Part shown: positions 39,746 to 54,142 of the stretch, one piece after another
Layout of the letters: every line of letters begins with the position of its first letter
Numbering within the stretch: the first letter of the stretch is position 1
Assembly (NCBI RefSeq): GCF_009914755.1
Contig: NC_060939.1
Direction: 5' to 3' (one strand)
Source of the DNA: the human T2T-CHM13v2.0 reference genome, Homo sapiens
DNA length: 64,000 nt
The notes under the pieces: model-generated
Told to the model about the DNA's origin: nothing
Databases searched by the model: none
Seen by the model: the letters and a program-made list of their open reading frames with translations, nothing else
Program-made: the position numbers and the translations under genes

Positions 39746-42700
39746 TCCCAGGGACCGGGGCGCAATGGGCTTTGGACAAACCCATCCCCACCTCCAAGCT
39801 CGTGGCAGGACAGATAACCAGAAAATGTTAAGGTGTTCCGAAAGGCCAAAGTGTGGCACTCCCCAGCCCCCATGATTCTCCCTAAAGGCCTGCATCTGAG
39901 CTTGGCACTGCTCCTTAGGAGGTGTCCTCTCCTGACTCTGCTCTGATGGCCTCTTTCCCCAGTGGGATCTCAGGAATCCCTGCTATCCCTGTTCTGTATA
40001 ACCCAAGGGACACACACAAGGGCCAAGGACCCTGACGTGACCTCAGCAGCCTTCACTGTGTACTGTTCAAGGAGCTTGAAGTAGGGACAGGACAGGGAAG
40101 TGACACCCTGGGAACCCCTGAGAATGAGGGAGGTGTTTGTGCAGTGACCTAATACAGAGAACACAGAGTTGAAGAGGAGAGGAAGATAGCCTGAAACACC
40201 CCAGAAAGTTCTGTCCCCTGTTTAGCATTAAGAAAATTATGTTACATGTTAATGAATTACAATAATAACCAAATCCTCATAAGGAATCTGGTGAGAAGCT
40301 ACTAATTTATACCCATACTCAGAGTTTTAAGGTCCCACAGGTGGTACCAGCAGAACTGAGCCTGTGAGCCCCAGCCCTGGAGCTCACTAACAGAAGTTAT
40401 TAATTCCAGGGACTAAAGCCTACAGTGCTCCCTCTGTAAAGCCCAATTTTAACGCATTGCATGTTGGATTTCATTTTCGCAGAATATATTAATAAATGTG
40501 TACACTAAGACTACAGCCAAGGAGCAGGTAATGCTCAAAGGGTGGCGTGTGGCCACGTCTGTGTGCTGGGATTGCAGTCACTGTGCTTTGCTCATCGGTG
40601 CTGTTTATGTTTCCTGCAATATCTACACATTGCTTTTTGTTTTGTTTTGCCTTCTTTTGCATCCAGACGAATAATATTGCAAGTTATTTTTAAATTATTG
40701 TTTATTTAAGTACTGATGATTTGTGTTTAGAATCTAAACGGTAAACCTCCTGTGCTTACATCCAAAGTTAGATCTGCCTCCACTGGCCTCTTTGCCTTGA
40801 AGTCTTTCTGGAATAAATGCGGAATACTTGACTTACTATGACTGCAGCTGATCCCCCCGCAGGACTCACCCTCTGCACATGTCCCCAGAGCCTAAGCTGG
40901 ATTTGTCCCATCCCACCTTCTCCTAGACTTCCTGGGATGATAGGGAGCCCTGTTTCCCCTCTCCCACCCCCCAAATCCACCAGCCTCACTCAGGGAACAC
41001 TGTTCAGGCCTAATTTCCAGCTCCGGCTGAGAAAAGTTGGCCGCCAGAAGGAAAACTAACGACACTCAAAATTATGTAGGGACAGCTTTCTCATGCTTTA
41101 AAAATCCTTGGAAGATAACGTGATTGAAAACGACGACGTTCTTATTATACTTCCACGTGTGCGTTAGAAAAAGACCCACACTTTAAAAAAGAGTGTCTAC
41201 TCTTGGGTGTTGGGGTAATGGTATTTTTAATTTTTTATTTGTGTACTAGGCACGCCTTTTCACACCCCCTACCTGTTGTGACTTGCGTGACCTCAGCTCA
41301 TGTTTGTTTACAATGGTTAATCCTTTCAAAGCCCCTGGATGTGGGGGGCTTTGCCCAGCTGGTGTGAGGCTGGGGTCTGTGTGTGTCTGCCCTGCCGTGC
41401 GGCCCGCTGTGTGTTTGTGCAACACAATTGTGTCCCAGGAAGGTGTGTGACAATCTCAACCTCATTAGCACCAGCAGCAGTCAGCTCGCCTGCGGTGCAA
41501 GAGGAATGGTTGGAAAGCTTTGATGGGCGTAGAGTTTGCCAGCTGACAGAGCAGCTGTCAATGAGATGCTGGGCATGGGCTGCAGGACGCGCATTACTTT
41601 GACAAACATGTCATTAGATGTTCATTCTTCTGAGTATGTCTGACACCAGCCAGAGTGGAAAAACCAGTCCCGCCAGCCAAGGAGAGCTGTCCTGGAAAGT
41701 AGAGAAGTCAGGAAACTTCCACATAATTCAGGTGGAGAATACTTGGGAAGACTTCTGGATTGCGGAGGGTGGGTGGAACTTGAGCAGACATCACCCAGGC
41801 AGTGGCTCGCCCCCCCAGCTCTCTGTGAGTGGCCGTCGCTTCGGTCCTGAAAGCCCTGCCACAGTCACACACCTCTCAGAGCACTGCCCACCACCGGACC
41901 CAGCATGGACCAAAGGAGGAGAAGGAACATTCCAGAAGTTCTTCAAATCCCAGGTTGTTTCATGGCTACTTCCAATGTCTTGTTTTTTTCTCCTTTGGCT
42001 TTTGCGAATCTGTATTTGAAATACAACTCCTTAATATAGGAGCTAAGAGGTTTGCTCAAGTAGGGTCTCTTCCTGCCTTCCAGAAATAGAACTAGGAAAT
42101 AGATCAAATTAGGAAGAGCCTCTAGGGTGGCAGCCAGCCTTCTTGTCAGGCCACAGCAGGAAAGTCTACGAGGGACAGATCCCCAGTGATGAGCCAGCCC
42201 ACATCTCTGACCTGTTCCTCCTGTTGGATTCCTGCCTGAACGTGCTGGGCTGTGTTCACACCGTGAGAGCCACAGGAAACAGGGCAGGCAGGGCCTTGCA
42301 GGGAAGGAGATTCCAGCCTGGCTGCAGGAGTTCACCAGCCCCTCCAGGGAGCACAGCCACGTCTGGTCAGGAATCTTTTAATGAGTGAGGAGAAGGACAG
42401 GGAAGCTGATTGGTGGCCCAGGTGGCAGGCGAGGTGGCTGTGTGCGTCCATCCATGCAGGTGGCAGTTAGCACAGCTGTGCTTCATGCTTACAAAGCAGA
42501 GGCCAGCTACAGATGCTCCAGGCCCTTGATGAGCCTTTGAACATTCGTTTTAACCTGAGGCTTAGATCTTCTCCTGATTACTTGTCTGGAATGTGCTTGC
42601 TTACTTCTAGCAATGGGGAGCTGACTCCCTAGCAAACAACGCCAGCCTTTCTGTGGGCAGCTCTGGTAGGAAGTGGATGCTGTGGGGCTCTCTTTGCACC

Positions 42701-44492
42701 AGGCTTTATTCATTTAGACAGATCGGAATCCCTTAACCCATTTCTTGGAGTCACTAAAAGCAGATGTGTTGCCCTCCCTGCAGATTCCTTTTTAGGCTGA
42801 GTAAGCCATCCCACGGACAGGCCGCCGGCAACTTTACACGTTCCGCTTGGATATCCAAGAGTTTTTTGACTTCTCAGTCTGTCTGTGGGCTAATTATTAG
42901 GCCATACACACCTGGGTCCACAGGGAGAGCTGCCCCTACCTGCTTCCCCACCCTGCCGTGGACCGGCTCTCAGGAGCACCCCCACTGATCCACCCCATCC
43001 TAGGTGGCCCAAGCCTGAATGTGGTAGCTCACCAGAGCCCCAGTCCTCACCCCCTGCCTGGCCTCCCCCACCCCACACTTGCTCCTGACTTGGCCTCCTT
43101 TATGTGGGGTGTGCAGGGCAGCCCTATCTGGTGGCCTCTGTGCTTGCTAGGGAGCAGCCCAGGCTCACTTGGCATGCATTCAGCCACCAAGAGAGAAGAT
43201 TTTCTTACCAGCCATCTGCCCTGGCCCCCATGAAGAGATCAGTAGCCTGAGAGCAGGGAGATGTCCATGTGGGCCTCCCCAGGCCCCTGTGCAGAGCGAC
43301 AAGGATTTTCACCCCTCCTGGTTTGCCTGAGTCAGACTTTGAAGGAGCCATCACTAGGGATTTTTATGAAATTCTTTAGTTCTCTGGGAATGGAGCCCTC
43401 CCACCACTCCCAATGCCATGTAAGTCTAAACTTGAGTGTGTGAATTGCACGCACATTTTTGGAAAGTTTGATGAATGAAAATAAGAAGCTGCTATTATTC
43501 TTTGGAAGTCCCAATTCTGAGTCCCTTCACTATTCAGGCCACCCTTGGGTTCAGTTTGTCCAGATTCCACTTAGCCATCTTGCTACTTATTGGGTGACAT
43601 TTGTCATAAAAAAGAAACGAGAAAACCGAACAGAAACACATATCTCAAGCAATAGAGTCCTTCCTGAGCTCATCACCCCCATGCTGCACAAAGAAGCACA
43701 CATTAATCAGAACTTGTATTTTCAACTGTAAAGAACTTTTGAGGATTGCAGTTCCTTTTGCTAATGCTGCTGGGGTTGTGCCTGGCGACATCCTCTCATC
43801 CTCCATTCAACATCCAGCACCCAGGGGCCGTGGCACATTGCCAAATGTTGGCTTAAAATCACCTACCTGGTCGTTTCAGGAGAACCGAGAACAAAAATAA
43901 CTTACGTGACACTTTGAACTTTTCAGTGACTCAGAGATATTTAAAGGCAGAGAACATCTTAATCGATTATTTTAAATATGAAGCCATGTTACGATGCAAA
44001 TTTGAGGTTAGAAATTGAATGTAAGTGGACAGGAATGGCTCTCTGAAGTTCCTGTTAGCAGCTTAGTTTGGACTTGACACAGCCGTGTGAACTCAGAGAG
44101 GCAAGTGGGTGGTCACAGGTGGCCCACACCTGCAGGGTTAGAGATGGAAGGTTCAGGGCCTCGATCTGCTGGTGGGGCTGGCGCGGGAGGCCAGGGCAGG
44201 GCTCCTCCAGTCATTCTGCCCCCACCCCAGCTTCCAGGCAAAAATGGCTCCAGTGGGCCGTCACTCCAGTCTCTGTGCAACCTTCATCAGCACCCACGGG
44301 TTCAAAAATAAGAAGCAAGCGAAGAACCGCTGCCTGACAGTGCACTATGAGCATTCTCCTGGTGCCTGACTCCTCCCTGAAGGTTAAGAAAAAAGTTATT
44401 TATATGGAATTCCACAATTCACACAGTGGATTGACATGATAAGAGAAAGCCACAGTTATTCTTGGCCCCCTTTCCATCATGCCCATGGGTAA

Positions 44493-44825
<333 letters not shown>

Positions 44826-46081
44826 TGAGTGTGTTTTCTTCCTAACCTCTTCCAAAGCACATGTATGGTTATCTTTGTATATATTTCTGGTTTTACATGC
44901 ATATTCAGTTGTACATACTATTGTACAACTTTTTTCCCTTGAGGATGTCTCAGAGTTCCCTCTATATGCACCACATCTGGTGTGAATCCAACCATCTTTC
45001 ATCAATGTCTTATTAAAGGGTCTTTAGATTCTTTCTACCTTTTGCTTCTAAGAGTTGAATATTACTGCATATGCCCCAGCAGAATGGCGGGATCACAGAA
45101 CAAGCACATTAAAAATTATCAAAGGAAGGCATACCCCTGGTTAATGAAGGCTGTCAGACAGAAGGGACTATAATATAGGAAAAGCAACAAGGCCCTGCCC
45201 CAGTGTCAACTTCCCAAAAGAGTTGTTATTTCCTGTTTCTGGTTTTAGTTCTTCAGGTAATTATCATTTCTCAATGTAAAGAAGATGCCTGCACCTCTCT
45301 ATTGCTGATCCGTTGAAACAGTGCCTGTTGACTTCCTGCCATAATAAATGAATATTTCCTTCCCTTTTGCACCCCATCTATCTGCTGCTCCCTCTGCATT
45401 TCATTCTTTTGGGGCTGACTCATCCCTAGGTTACATTTGTGACTTTAAATGACATGTTCCCTTCGTGATGACGAGTGCCTGGAGACCCAGTGTTCTGTGG
45501 AGCCCTGGAGATGAGAATCACCCCCTTCCCTGCTACCTCCATCGGCCTCCCGCCTCCCACCCAGGACTCTTACTTTGCACCTTTATTTAATTGGAATGCA
45601 TCAGCAAGAAAATGCCTAAGAAAGGCCTCCTGGGAGGCTCCTGCAGGAGACTCTGTGTTCCTGAGGGCATCTTTATTTTGCCCTCTCCTGCGATCTCAAT
45701 TGGAATCCTCTGCCTTTGGAACCTTCTCCCTTGTCCTCTGATGTGGTGTGATTCTCACTGCCCTGTGGTGACCTGGTTTTCCCTTTCAGAAGCTTTCAGA
45801 ATCTTCCCTGTGTGCTTGGTCTTCCAAAATTTTCCAACGAAAGACCTGGGTGAGGGTCCTCTTCCATTCCTGCTGCTTGGCACTGGGTGGGCCAAGCATG
45901 TATCCCTTTCATGCATGGGACATTTCTTGTATTTTCTTTGATAATATTTTTCTCTTCTGCTTTCGCTATAGTTTTGTTTTGTTTGTTTTTCTGGAACTCC
46001 TATTAATTAAGATACAGGTTGCTTATCTTTTCGCTCACATTTTCCAACTGTTGTTCTTTTTCTTAATGTTTATAAACTTTT

Positions 46082-46484
<403 letters not shown>

Positions 46485-47047
46485 TTATTTTCATAGCGTT
46501 GTGCTCCTGTGTTTTGTACACAGTATTTTCTTGAATTTCCCAGAGGATCCTAATTGCCATTTATTTTATTTTATTTTGGTGTCAGTCTTATCTTCTCAGT
46601 TAATTTTTATTTATTTATTTAAGATGTCAAAATCATGTATTGAAACCAATATTTTACAGTGAATTCCAGACAAATCAATAATTATATGATTCAAAGCATT
46701 ATTAGGGAAATTTGCAGTCAGCTGACTTTATAGGCAAAGAATGTCTATAAATTACATAGAAAGCAACTTCCTAGGATACTAAGTCAGTGAAAATGCTGGC
46801 AGAAAAATATTTTTCACTGGCACTTATTTTTGAAGTTCTTTTTAATGACCTCTGCATTCTCTACATTTCTTCTAAGCCCCAGCTTTGTGTTTGTCTTTAT
46901 TAATTCAGCATGATTATTTCAACCATTCTTAGGCATCCACTTGTGGAGGACACTGTTCCAGATGCTGGGGACACAGCAGGAGTGTGGCCTCTGCCCTTAC
47001 AGGGCTTCCAGTTGTAGCAGGAAAAGTAGACAGCAAAGAACAAGAGA

Positions 47048-47357
47048 GCTGAGCAAGGTAGCTCATGCCTGTAATCCCAGCACTCTGGGAGGCCAAGCAA
47101 GTGGATCACTTGACTTCAGGAGTTTGAGACCAGCCTGGCCAACATGGCAAAACCCCATCTCTACAAAAAAAAAAAAAAAAAAAAAAATTAGCCGGTTGTG
47201 GAGGCACACACCTGTGGTCCCAGCTACTTGGGGGTGCTGAGGTGGGAGGATTGTTTGAGCCTAGGAGGCAGAGACTGCAGTGAGCAGAGATCACACCACT
47301 GCATTTCAGCCTGGGTGACACAGCAAGAAACTGTCTCAAAAAAAAAAAAAAAAAAAA
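47048..47357 (+). mobile_element. Alu (AluJ-like)
   Basis: gctcatgcctgtaatcccagcac...gggaggattgtttgagcc...poly(A); expanded middle A tract. Confidence 0.93.
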
Positions 47358-48229
47358 GGAAGGAAGAAGAAAACCAGAGAGTGATGCTCAATGAAGCATT
47401 AGAGTAAGATCATGTACAAAAGAGGCACAGTGTGGCCATTTTGATTTATTATTAGGTAAGACATTGATGTTGAATCTCAGGTCTGCTCGGTTGACCAGAA
47501 GGAGGCAGCCACAGGAAGGCTGGGAAGAAGAGGGTTTATTGAACATACTGAAAATAACAGAGAATGATCTGCTCAGCCCTCCCTCTTGTGCCTGGTCTTA
47601 GTCCTACACTCCAGGCTATGTCAGAGCCTGCTATGGTCAGGGCTCTGGGAAGCCAGGAAAATGTCCTCATGATGTTTCTATTCCAGCAGGGGAAACACAG
47701 TAAATAAACCTGCACTCTACTGTCAGGAGTGAACAGGGCCATGACAGAAATCAACCAGGTTGCAGGGATGGAGAGTGACAGGCATAGGGCACTACTGCTG
47801 GTCAGAGATCAGGGAAGGTGTCTGGGGGGAGGTGGCATTTACACAGAATGAAGTGAATGGAATCAGGTCAGTCCTGTAAAGGAGCTGGGGAAATGGTGCT
47901 CCTGGCAAGGCATCAGTGAGTGCAAAGGCTGGGCAGCAGGAATGAGCTCGGTAGGTTTGACTGACCGCAAGATGGCCTGTGCAGTTGGGGCAGAGTGAGA
48001 GAAGCACCAAATGGGGCTGGAGAGGTAAAGCCTTCACAGCAGGAGTGTAGATTTTGTTCCAAGGCTGATGGACACATCTGAGGAGCTGCATGGTTTTATT
48101 TAGGGAATTAGAAGGCTATTGCCAGAGCCCTGGAGAGAAGGCACCAGGAGGGCCAGGATGGTGGGGTAGCAGTGGGAGGAAGAGAATGCACTGGGAATAG
48201 GTCTCAAAATAAAGCTATCAGGACTTGTG

Positions 48230-48640
48230 TGGGTATCCACACACAAGTATGTAACAAACCACCCTATCACTTGCTGGCTTAAAAGAACAACGAATGATCA
48301 TTTCCCAGGTTTCTGTGGGTCAGGAATCTAGGCAGGGCCCAGCTGGTGGTTCTTCTTGCTTCACTCCCATGTCTGGCCCCTCCGTGCTCCTCCACATGAC
48401 TTCTCTCTCTTCCACACACCTTCTCATCCACCGCATGTCTAGCCCAAGCTTCTTTACAGCCTACTGCCGAATTCTTGGAGTTTAGCAGCAGAAGCCTCTA
48501 GGCCTCCCAAGGCATAGGCCTAGACCTGGTACAGCATCACTTCGGCCACTACCTGTGGGTCAAAACAAGTCAAAGGCCAGTCCAGATTTAGGCCGGCACA
48601 GGAAATAGACTCTACCTCCTGGTGAGAGGAGCAGGCTTTG
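48230..48640 (-). mobile_element. MLT1-family LTR
   Basis: gtaacaaaccacccta...ggcttaaaagaacaacg...tttctgtgggtcaggaatctaggcaggg...cagcatcacttc. Confidence 0.75.
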
Positions 48641-50042
48641 ATACGGGTTAGGTGAGTGACGAGTAAAGGAAGGAGGGATCAAAGATGTACCCATCACTCA
48701 GATTTAACCAACATTCGTTATTTTGTCATTTTTGCTACAAAGAAAATATTTTAAGAAGTCAAACCTTACAGGTACAGCCAGAACGCCTTTGGATCTCTCC
48801 CTGATCACTGCTCTCCTTCAACTCCAGGGGTAGCCATTATTCTGAAGTTAGTCTGAACCCTTTATGGCTGTATGTGTGTGTGTGTCTGTAAATACATGGT
48901 ATCATTTCTGCCTTGCCAGGTGGATTCCCCCTGGGCTACCATCTATTGCGCAGGGGTTGGCATGAACTCCACAATGTCATCCACTGAGATTAGGGAATAG
49001 GCTTTATTAAGAGAAAGAAAATCACAAAGCCTGAATCTGCAAGATGGCATGGCATGTGGCCCCCAGCCTCTCCTTTAACAAGAAGCTATGCCAGGGCATC
49101 TACTGGATAGGGCTGGATGGGGCTGGGTTCTACTCCAGCCAAGGGTCCAGCCTGGGTCTTCCCTCTCAGAGCCCAGCCTGTCAATAGCATGCTAGCTGTG
49201 GGTGCTGGCTGCTTCTATGGGGCAACTTGGGGTCTGTGGGATGTGCAGTCCTCTATGATGAGCCACTAGACCCATGGGAAACTGAGCTTGGGTGCTATCA
49301 CTTCAGCTGGGAGAAGGAGGCATCTCAGCTGGCTCATTGTCCAGCTGTGGTAGGGATGGGGTAACCAGAGTCCTGTTTTGTCAATCCTGCTCCTTTCAGA
49401 ACAGTTTCCATACTAAAAATGTTGGATTAAATATTTTCATACTATGCCAGTCTTTTTGCATCTTGCTTCTTCAACCAACATAAGTTTGATAATATAAGTA
49501 TGTCCTATATTTTCCAAGAAGCAGAATACATCACTTTGCCTATAAAACCATACAGGCCTGGTGCTTTTTAATGGGTAGATGTCTCACTATTGATTCTCTG
49601 TCTTTAAAGGTTATAGGTTTATGTAAATGTTCTATTTCTTCTTGAGTTATTTTATGCAATACAATTTTTAGATAGTTATCCATTTAATCTAGATTTTCGA
49701 ATATTTTAGCATGAAGTTGATAATGGTTCAGGATTTTAAAATATATTTTTAAACTATCTTATTCATTTTTAATAGATGAATCATATACTTACACACAATT
49801 TAAAAGAAGTACAAAAGGGAATACAATAAAAAGTACCCATTCCCGCCCCCTACCCAAACTTACTACCAATTGCCGTCTCTTCCAAAGAATCAGGGCTACT
49901 ATTTAGTTCCCCTTTTTTATTGGCCTCAGAAACCACAGTTTTTAGGCCTGGACTCAAAATGGCACATTTTTCTCTTTTCATAAGTCTTTAGCTACGTGGA
50001 ACTTTAAAATGTTATATTTTTGTCTTAGATTTCTTTTTTTAA

Positions 50043-50369
<327 letters not shown>

Positions 50370-50693
50370 TATTTATTTCTTTATTTATTTACTTACTTAC
50401 TTAGAGACAGGGTCTCACTCTGTCACCCAAGCAGGAGTGCAGTGGCGACCTCTCGGCTCACTACAGCCTTGACAGCCTGGGCTTTAGCGATCCTCCTACC
50501 TCATCCTCCTAAGTAGCTGGGACTACAGGCGCACACCACCATGCTTGGCTAATTTTTGTATTTTTTTTTTTTTTGTAGAGATGGGGGTTCACCATGTTGC
50601 CCAGGTTGGTCTCGAACTCCTGAGCTCAAGCAATCCACTTGCCTCAGCCTCCCAAGGTGCTGGGATTACAGATGTGAGCCACCACACCCGGCC
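50370..50693 (-). mobile_element. Alu (AluJ-like), directly abutting the AluY
   Basis: gagacagggtctcactctgtc...gcgatcctcctacctc...ctcaagcaatcc. Confidence 0.93.
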
Positions 50694-50819
50694 ACTTTTT
50701 AAAATTTTTTATTACAGAAACTTTTGAACACAGTACACAAGTAGAGAGAATATTAAAATGCACCCCTTTGTACCCATTACCCAATTTCAGTAATTATCAC
50801 ACATGGGCAATCTTTTTTT

Positions 50820-51110
50820 TAACCCTCTTGTTTTTAGTTGACATGTAATAATTGTGCTTGTCTATGGGATACAGAGTGATACTTGGATACATGTATACAA
50901 TGTGTAATGATCAAATAAGGATAATTAGCATATCTATCACCGCAAACATTTTTCATTTCTTGGTGTTGGGAACATGCAAAAGCCACTCTTCTAGCTTTTT
51001 GAAAACAGACCACAAACTATTGTTAACTCGATTCCCCCTCCAGTGCTCTGGTGCACTGGAACTTACTCCTCCCATGCAGGTAACCCACCTTCTGCCATCC
51101 TCCCTCCTTC
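50820..51110 (-). mobile_element. L1MA-type 3' end
   Basis: gatacatgtatacaatgtgtaatgatcaaataaggataattagcatatctatcacc. Confidence 0.75.
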
Positions 51111-51344
51111 CCCCACATGGCCAATCTGCATCCATGTAAACCCCCTTCTCTCTCTTTCCAGATGATTTAGAACCCAATTCCATACTTATAGCTTAAGAAG
51201 TCTAGAAAAGAAAAAACAAAATACATTTAACATACGTTTAAATGTATGTTTAAAAGTGTATGTTAATGTATGCCCACAATAGCATGCTGTTGACAGGCTA
51301 GGCTTCTGAGAGGGGAGACCCAGGCTGGACCCTTGGCTGGAGAG

Positions 51345-51643
<299 letters not shown>

Positions 51644-53643
51644 GTCAAAATATCAAATATCTAGTCAGTGTTCAAATGTCCTGCATTGTCTCTGTTTTTA
51701 TCACTGGTTTGTTTGGGGCAGGTTTGTTGAGTCAGTGCCCTTGCATGCTGGGACATGGGACAGTACAGTTCCTAAGTCTCTTAATTTCTATCTTTCTCCC
51801 TCAATTTCTTTTTCATTGCAGTTTCTTTTGTTGATAAAGCCATATTGTTTGTCCTTTGCAATTTTCCACAGTCTGGATTTTTGGCAATTGCATTTCTATG
51901 TGTGGCCTGACATGTTCCCACCTTCCCTATGTTTTTGTAGATCCAGAGGCCTGATTAGATTTAGTAAGATGTTTTGGCAAAAATGCCCAATAGATGGTGG
52001 GTTCTTCCTCCTGCATCACCTAGTCACAGAATGTCTAATTGTCTCTCTCTGATGTTTAGAGTTTTTTAATGATTTTCAGTGGTGTCAGCGCAATCACTCT
52101 TTATAAACGTCCTAATGGTTTTTCGACTTTTCACACAATGGTTTTATCAGTCATTGATGGTTGCTTAGATCAATTATTTAATTTGAGGTTGCAAAGTGGT
52201 GTTATTTTAAGTCTATCTTACCTTCTTCATTTATCAGCTGAAAGTGATCTCTAAAGAAGAAATTTCTTCCATTAACTCTGTGGTACCCTGAGTTACAGTT
52301 TGTACAGCAAAGTCGGGGTAAATAGTTGGGTTTTTTTCTCTTAGTTTTCTTATTCATTCTACTGAAAATAAGTCAATTCCCTAGCACCTTTTGAAGGCGG
52401 CCAATGAAGGTGGGGTTTTTTTTCCTTAGTATCATTATGAACTCATGAATTTTAATTTATTTGATTCTTGATGCTAACGCTGTTCCTCTTTTGCCAGTAG
52501 GCCCCCTGAGTAGGTTCCTCTATCTTTTGGCATGACCCCAGAAGTCTTTGATAACTTCCTTGCTTTCTGATGTGACAAGACATCCAGGGCCAGATTGTCC
52601 ATATCCTGCCCCGGATGCACGATGCACTGTTTCTCCAAGAATCCCTGTGTCCTTTGCTGATGATGCCATGATTTTAAGTTCTCTAATATAGTTTTATCTC
52701 TTTGTTTCAGATAATGCTTTTGTGTTCTCACATGTCCTGCTCTCTCTCTCTCTCTCATTTTGTTGTTGATCAGTCTTTCCATAAGATTGTTTATTTCACT
52801 AGTCCTTCATTCTTCTTTTTTCTAAATTTACTCTTCTTGACTAGTATCCTGTCACTTCTGAGGACTCATATTTTTGCAACTTGAAAATTATTCTTATTTA
52901 TTTAAGTATATGTTTCTGAAACTCTCATTAGACACATTTTGAAAAACTTCAAAAAATATCTTCAATGTCTCTCACTCTTTTATCTCTGCTCCCGGCCTCC
53001 TTGTCTTTTGGTGCTGCATCCTCCTCTTGGTCTTCCAGATTCCTGATTTGTCCTTCAACGGTGTCTCTGCTCTGCAGCTCACCCACTGTGCTTCACAGTG
53101 CAACTCTTCTCGTTTTAATTCCCAAGAGTTTTAGTTGATTCTTGTTTGTGGATGCTGCATCCTCCTGTTTCTCTCCAAGACATCAGTAATATTTATTCTG
53201 AATTCATTCTCGCTCTGCTAACATTAATTCTGTGTAGAGAGGGGCCCTGGAGGTGCTGGAAAGCTGGAGCCTGAGATTCTGCTTAGGGAAGCTCCCATGC
53301 TAACTCAGTCTTTTCCTCCAAGATAAGGATGAACAGTTGACAATACCAAGCTGTGTTGTGAATCAGGAAAGCCCAAAGCTGTCTTATCTCAGTGACTGTG
53401 TGATTTGTGTAGGTTTGCCCCGAACAGTAATGTGAGGATGCAGCAAGATGTGCAGGCCCTCTGACCTGGCTAGACCCTGCCTTGCAGAGACATTGTCACT
53501 GTCAGCTGCTCACTTCCTCCTGGGGACTCTGAGGCCCAAGGGGGACAGTGGTGAAATATGACACAGCTTCTCCCCTAGGTGATCAGACTGCTTCCAATGA
53601 GCCTGTGCCCTTGGCTACATAAAGAGGAAACATAAATATTTTC

Positions 53644-54098
53644 TGTGTGTGTGTGTCTGTGTGTGTCTCTTTGTATGTGTGTCTGTGTGTCTGCATATCT
53701 ATGTGTGTGTCTGTGTGTCTTTGTGCATGTGTGTTTCTGTGTGTGTCTGTATGTGTCTGTGTGTGTGTCTGTGTGTGTCTGTCTGTGTGTGTGTCTGTGT
53801 CTCTGTGTGTGTCCGTGTGTGTGTCTGTGTGTGTCTATGTGTGTGTGTCTGTGTCTCTGTGTGTGTCTGTGTGTGTGTGTCTGTGTCTCTGTGTGTGTCT
53901 TTGTGTGTGTGTGTGTGTGCCTGTATGTGTGTGTCTGTGTCTCTGTGTGTGTCTGTGTGTGTCTCTGTGTGTGTGTGTGTCTGTGTCTCTGTGTGTGTCT
54001 TTGTGTGTGTGTGTGCCTGTATCTGTGTGCGTCTGTGTCTCTGTGTGTGTCTGTGTGTGTGTGTCTGTGTCTCTGTGTGTGTCTGTGTGTGTCTATGT

Positions 54099-54140
<42 letters not shown>
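53644..54140. repeat. ~500-bp compound (TG)n/(TGTC)n microsatellite
   Basis: Interrupted TG repeat ending in pure (TG)19 at 54102-54139. Confidence 0.97.
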
Positions 54141-54142
<2 letters not shown>

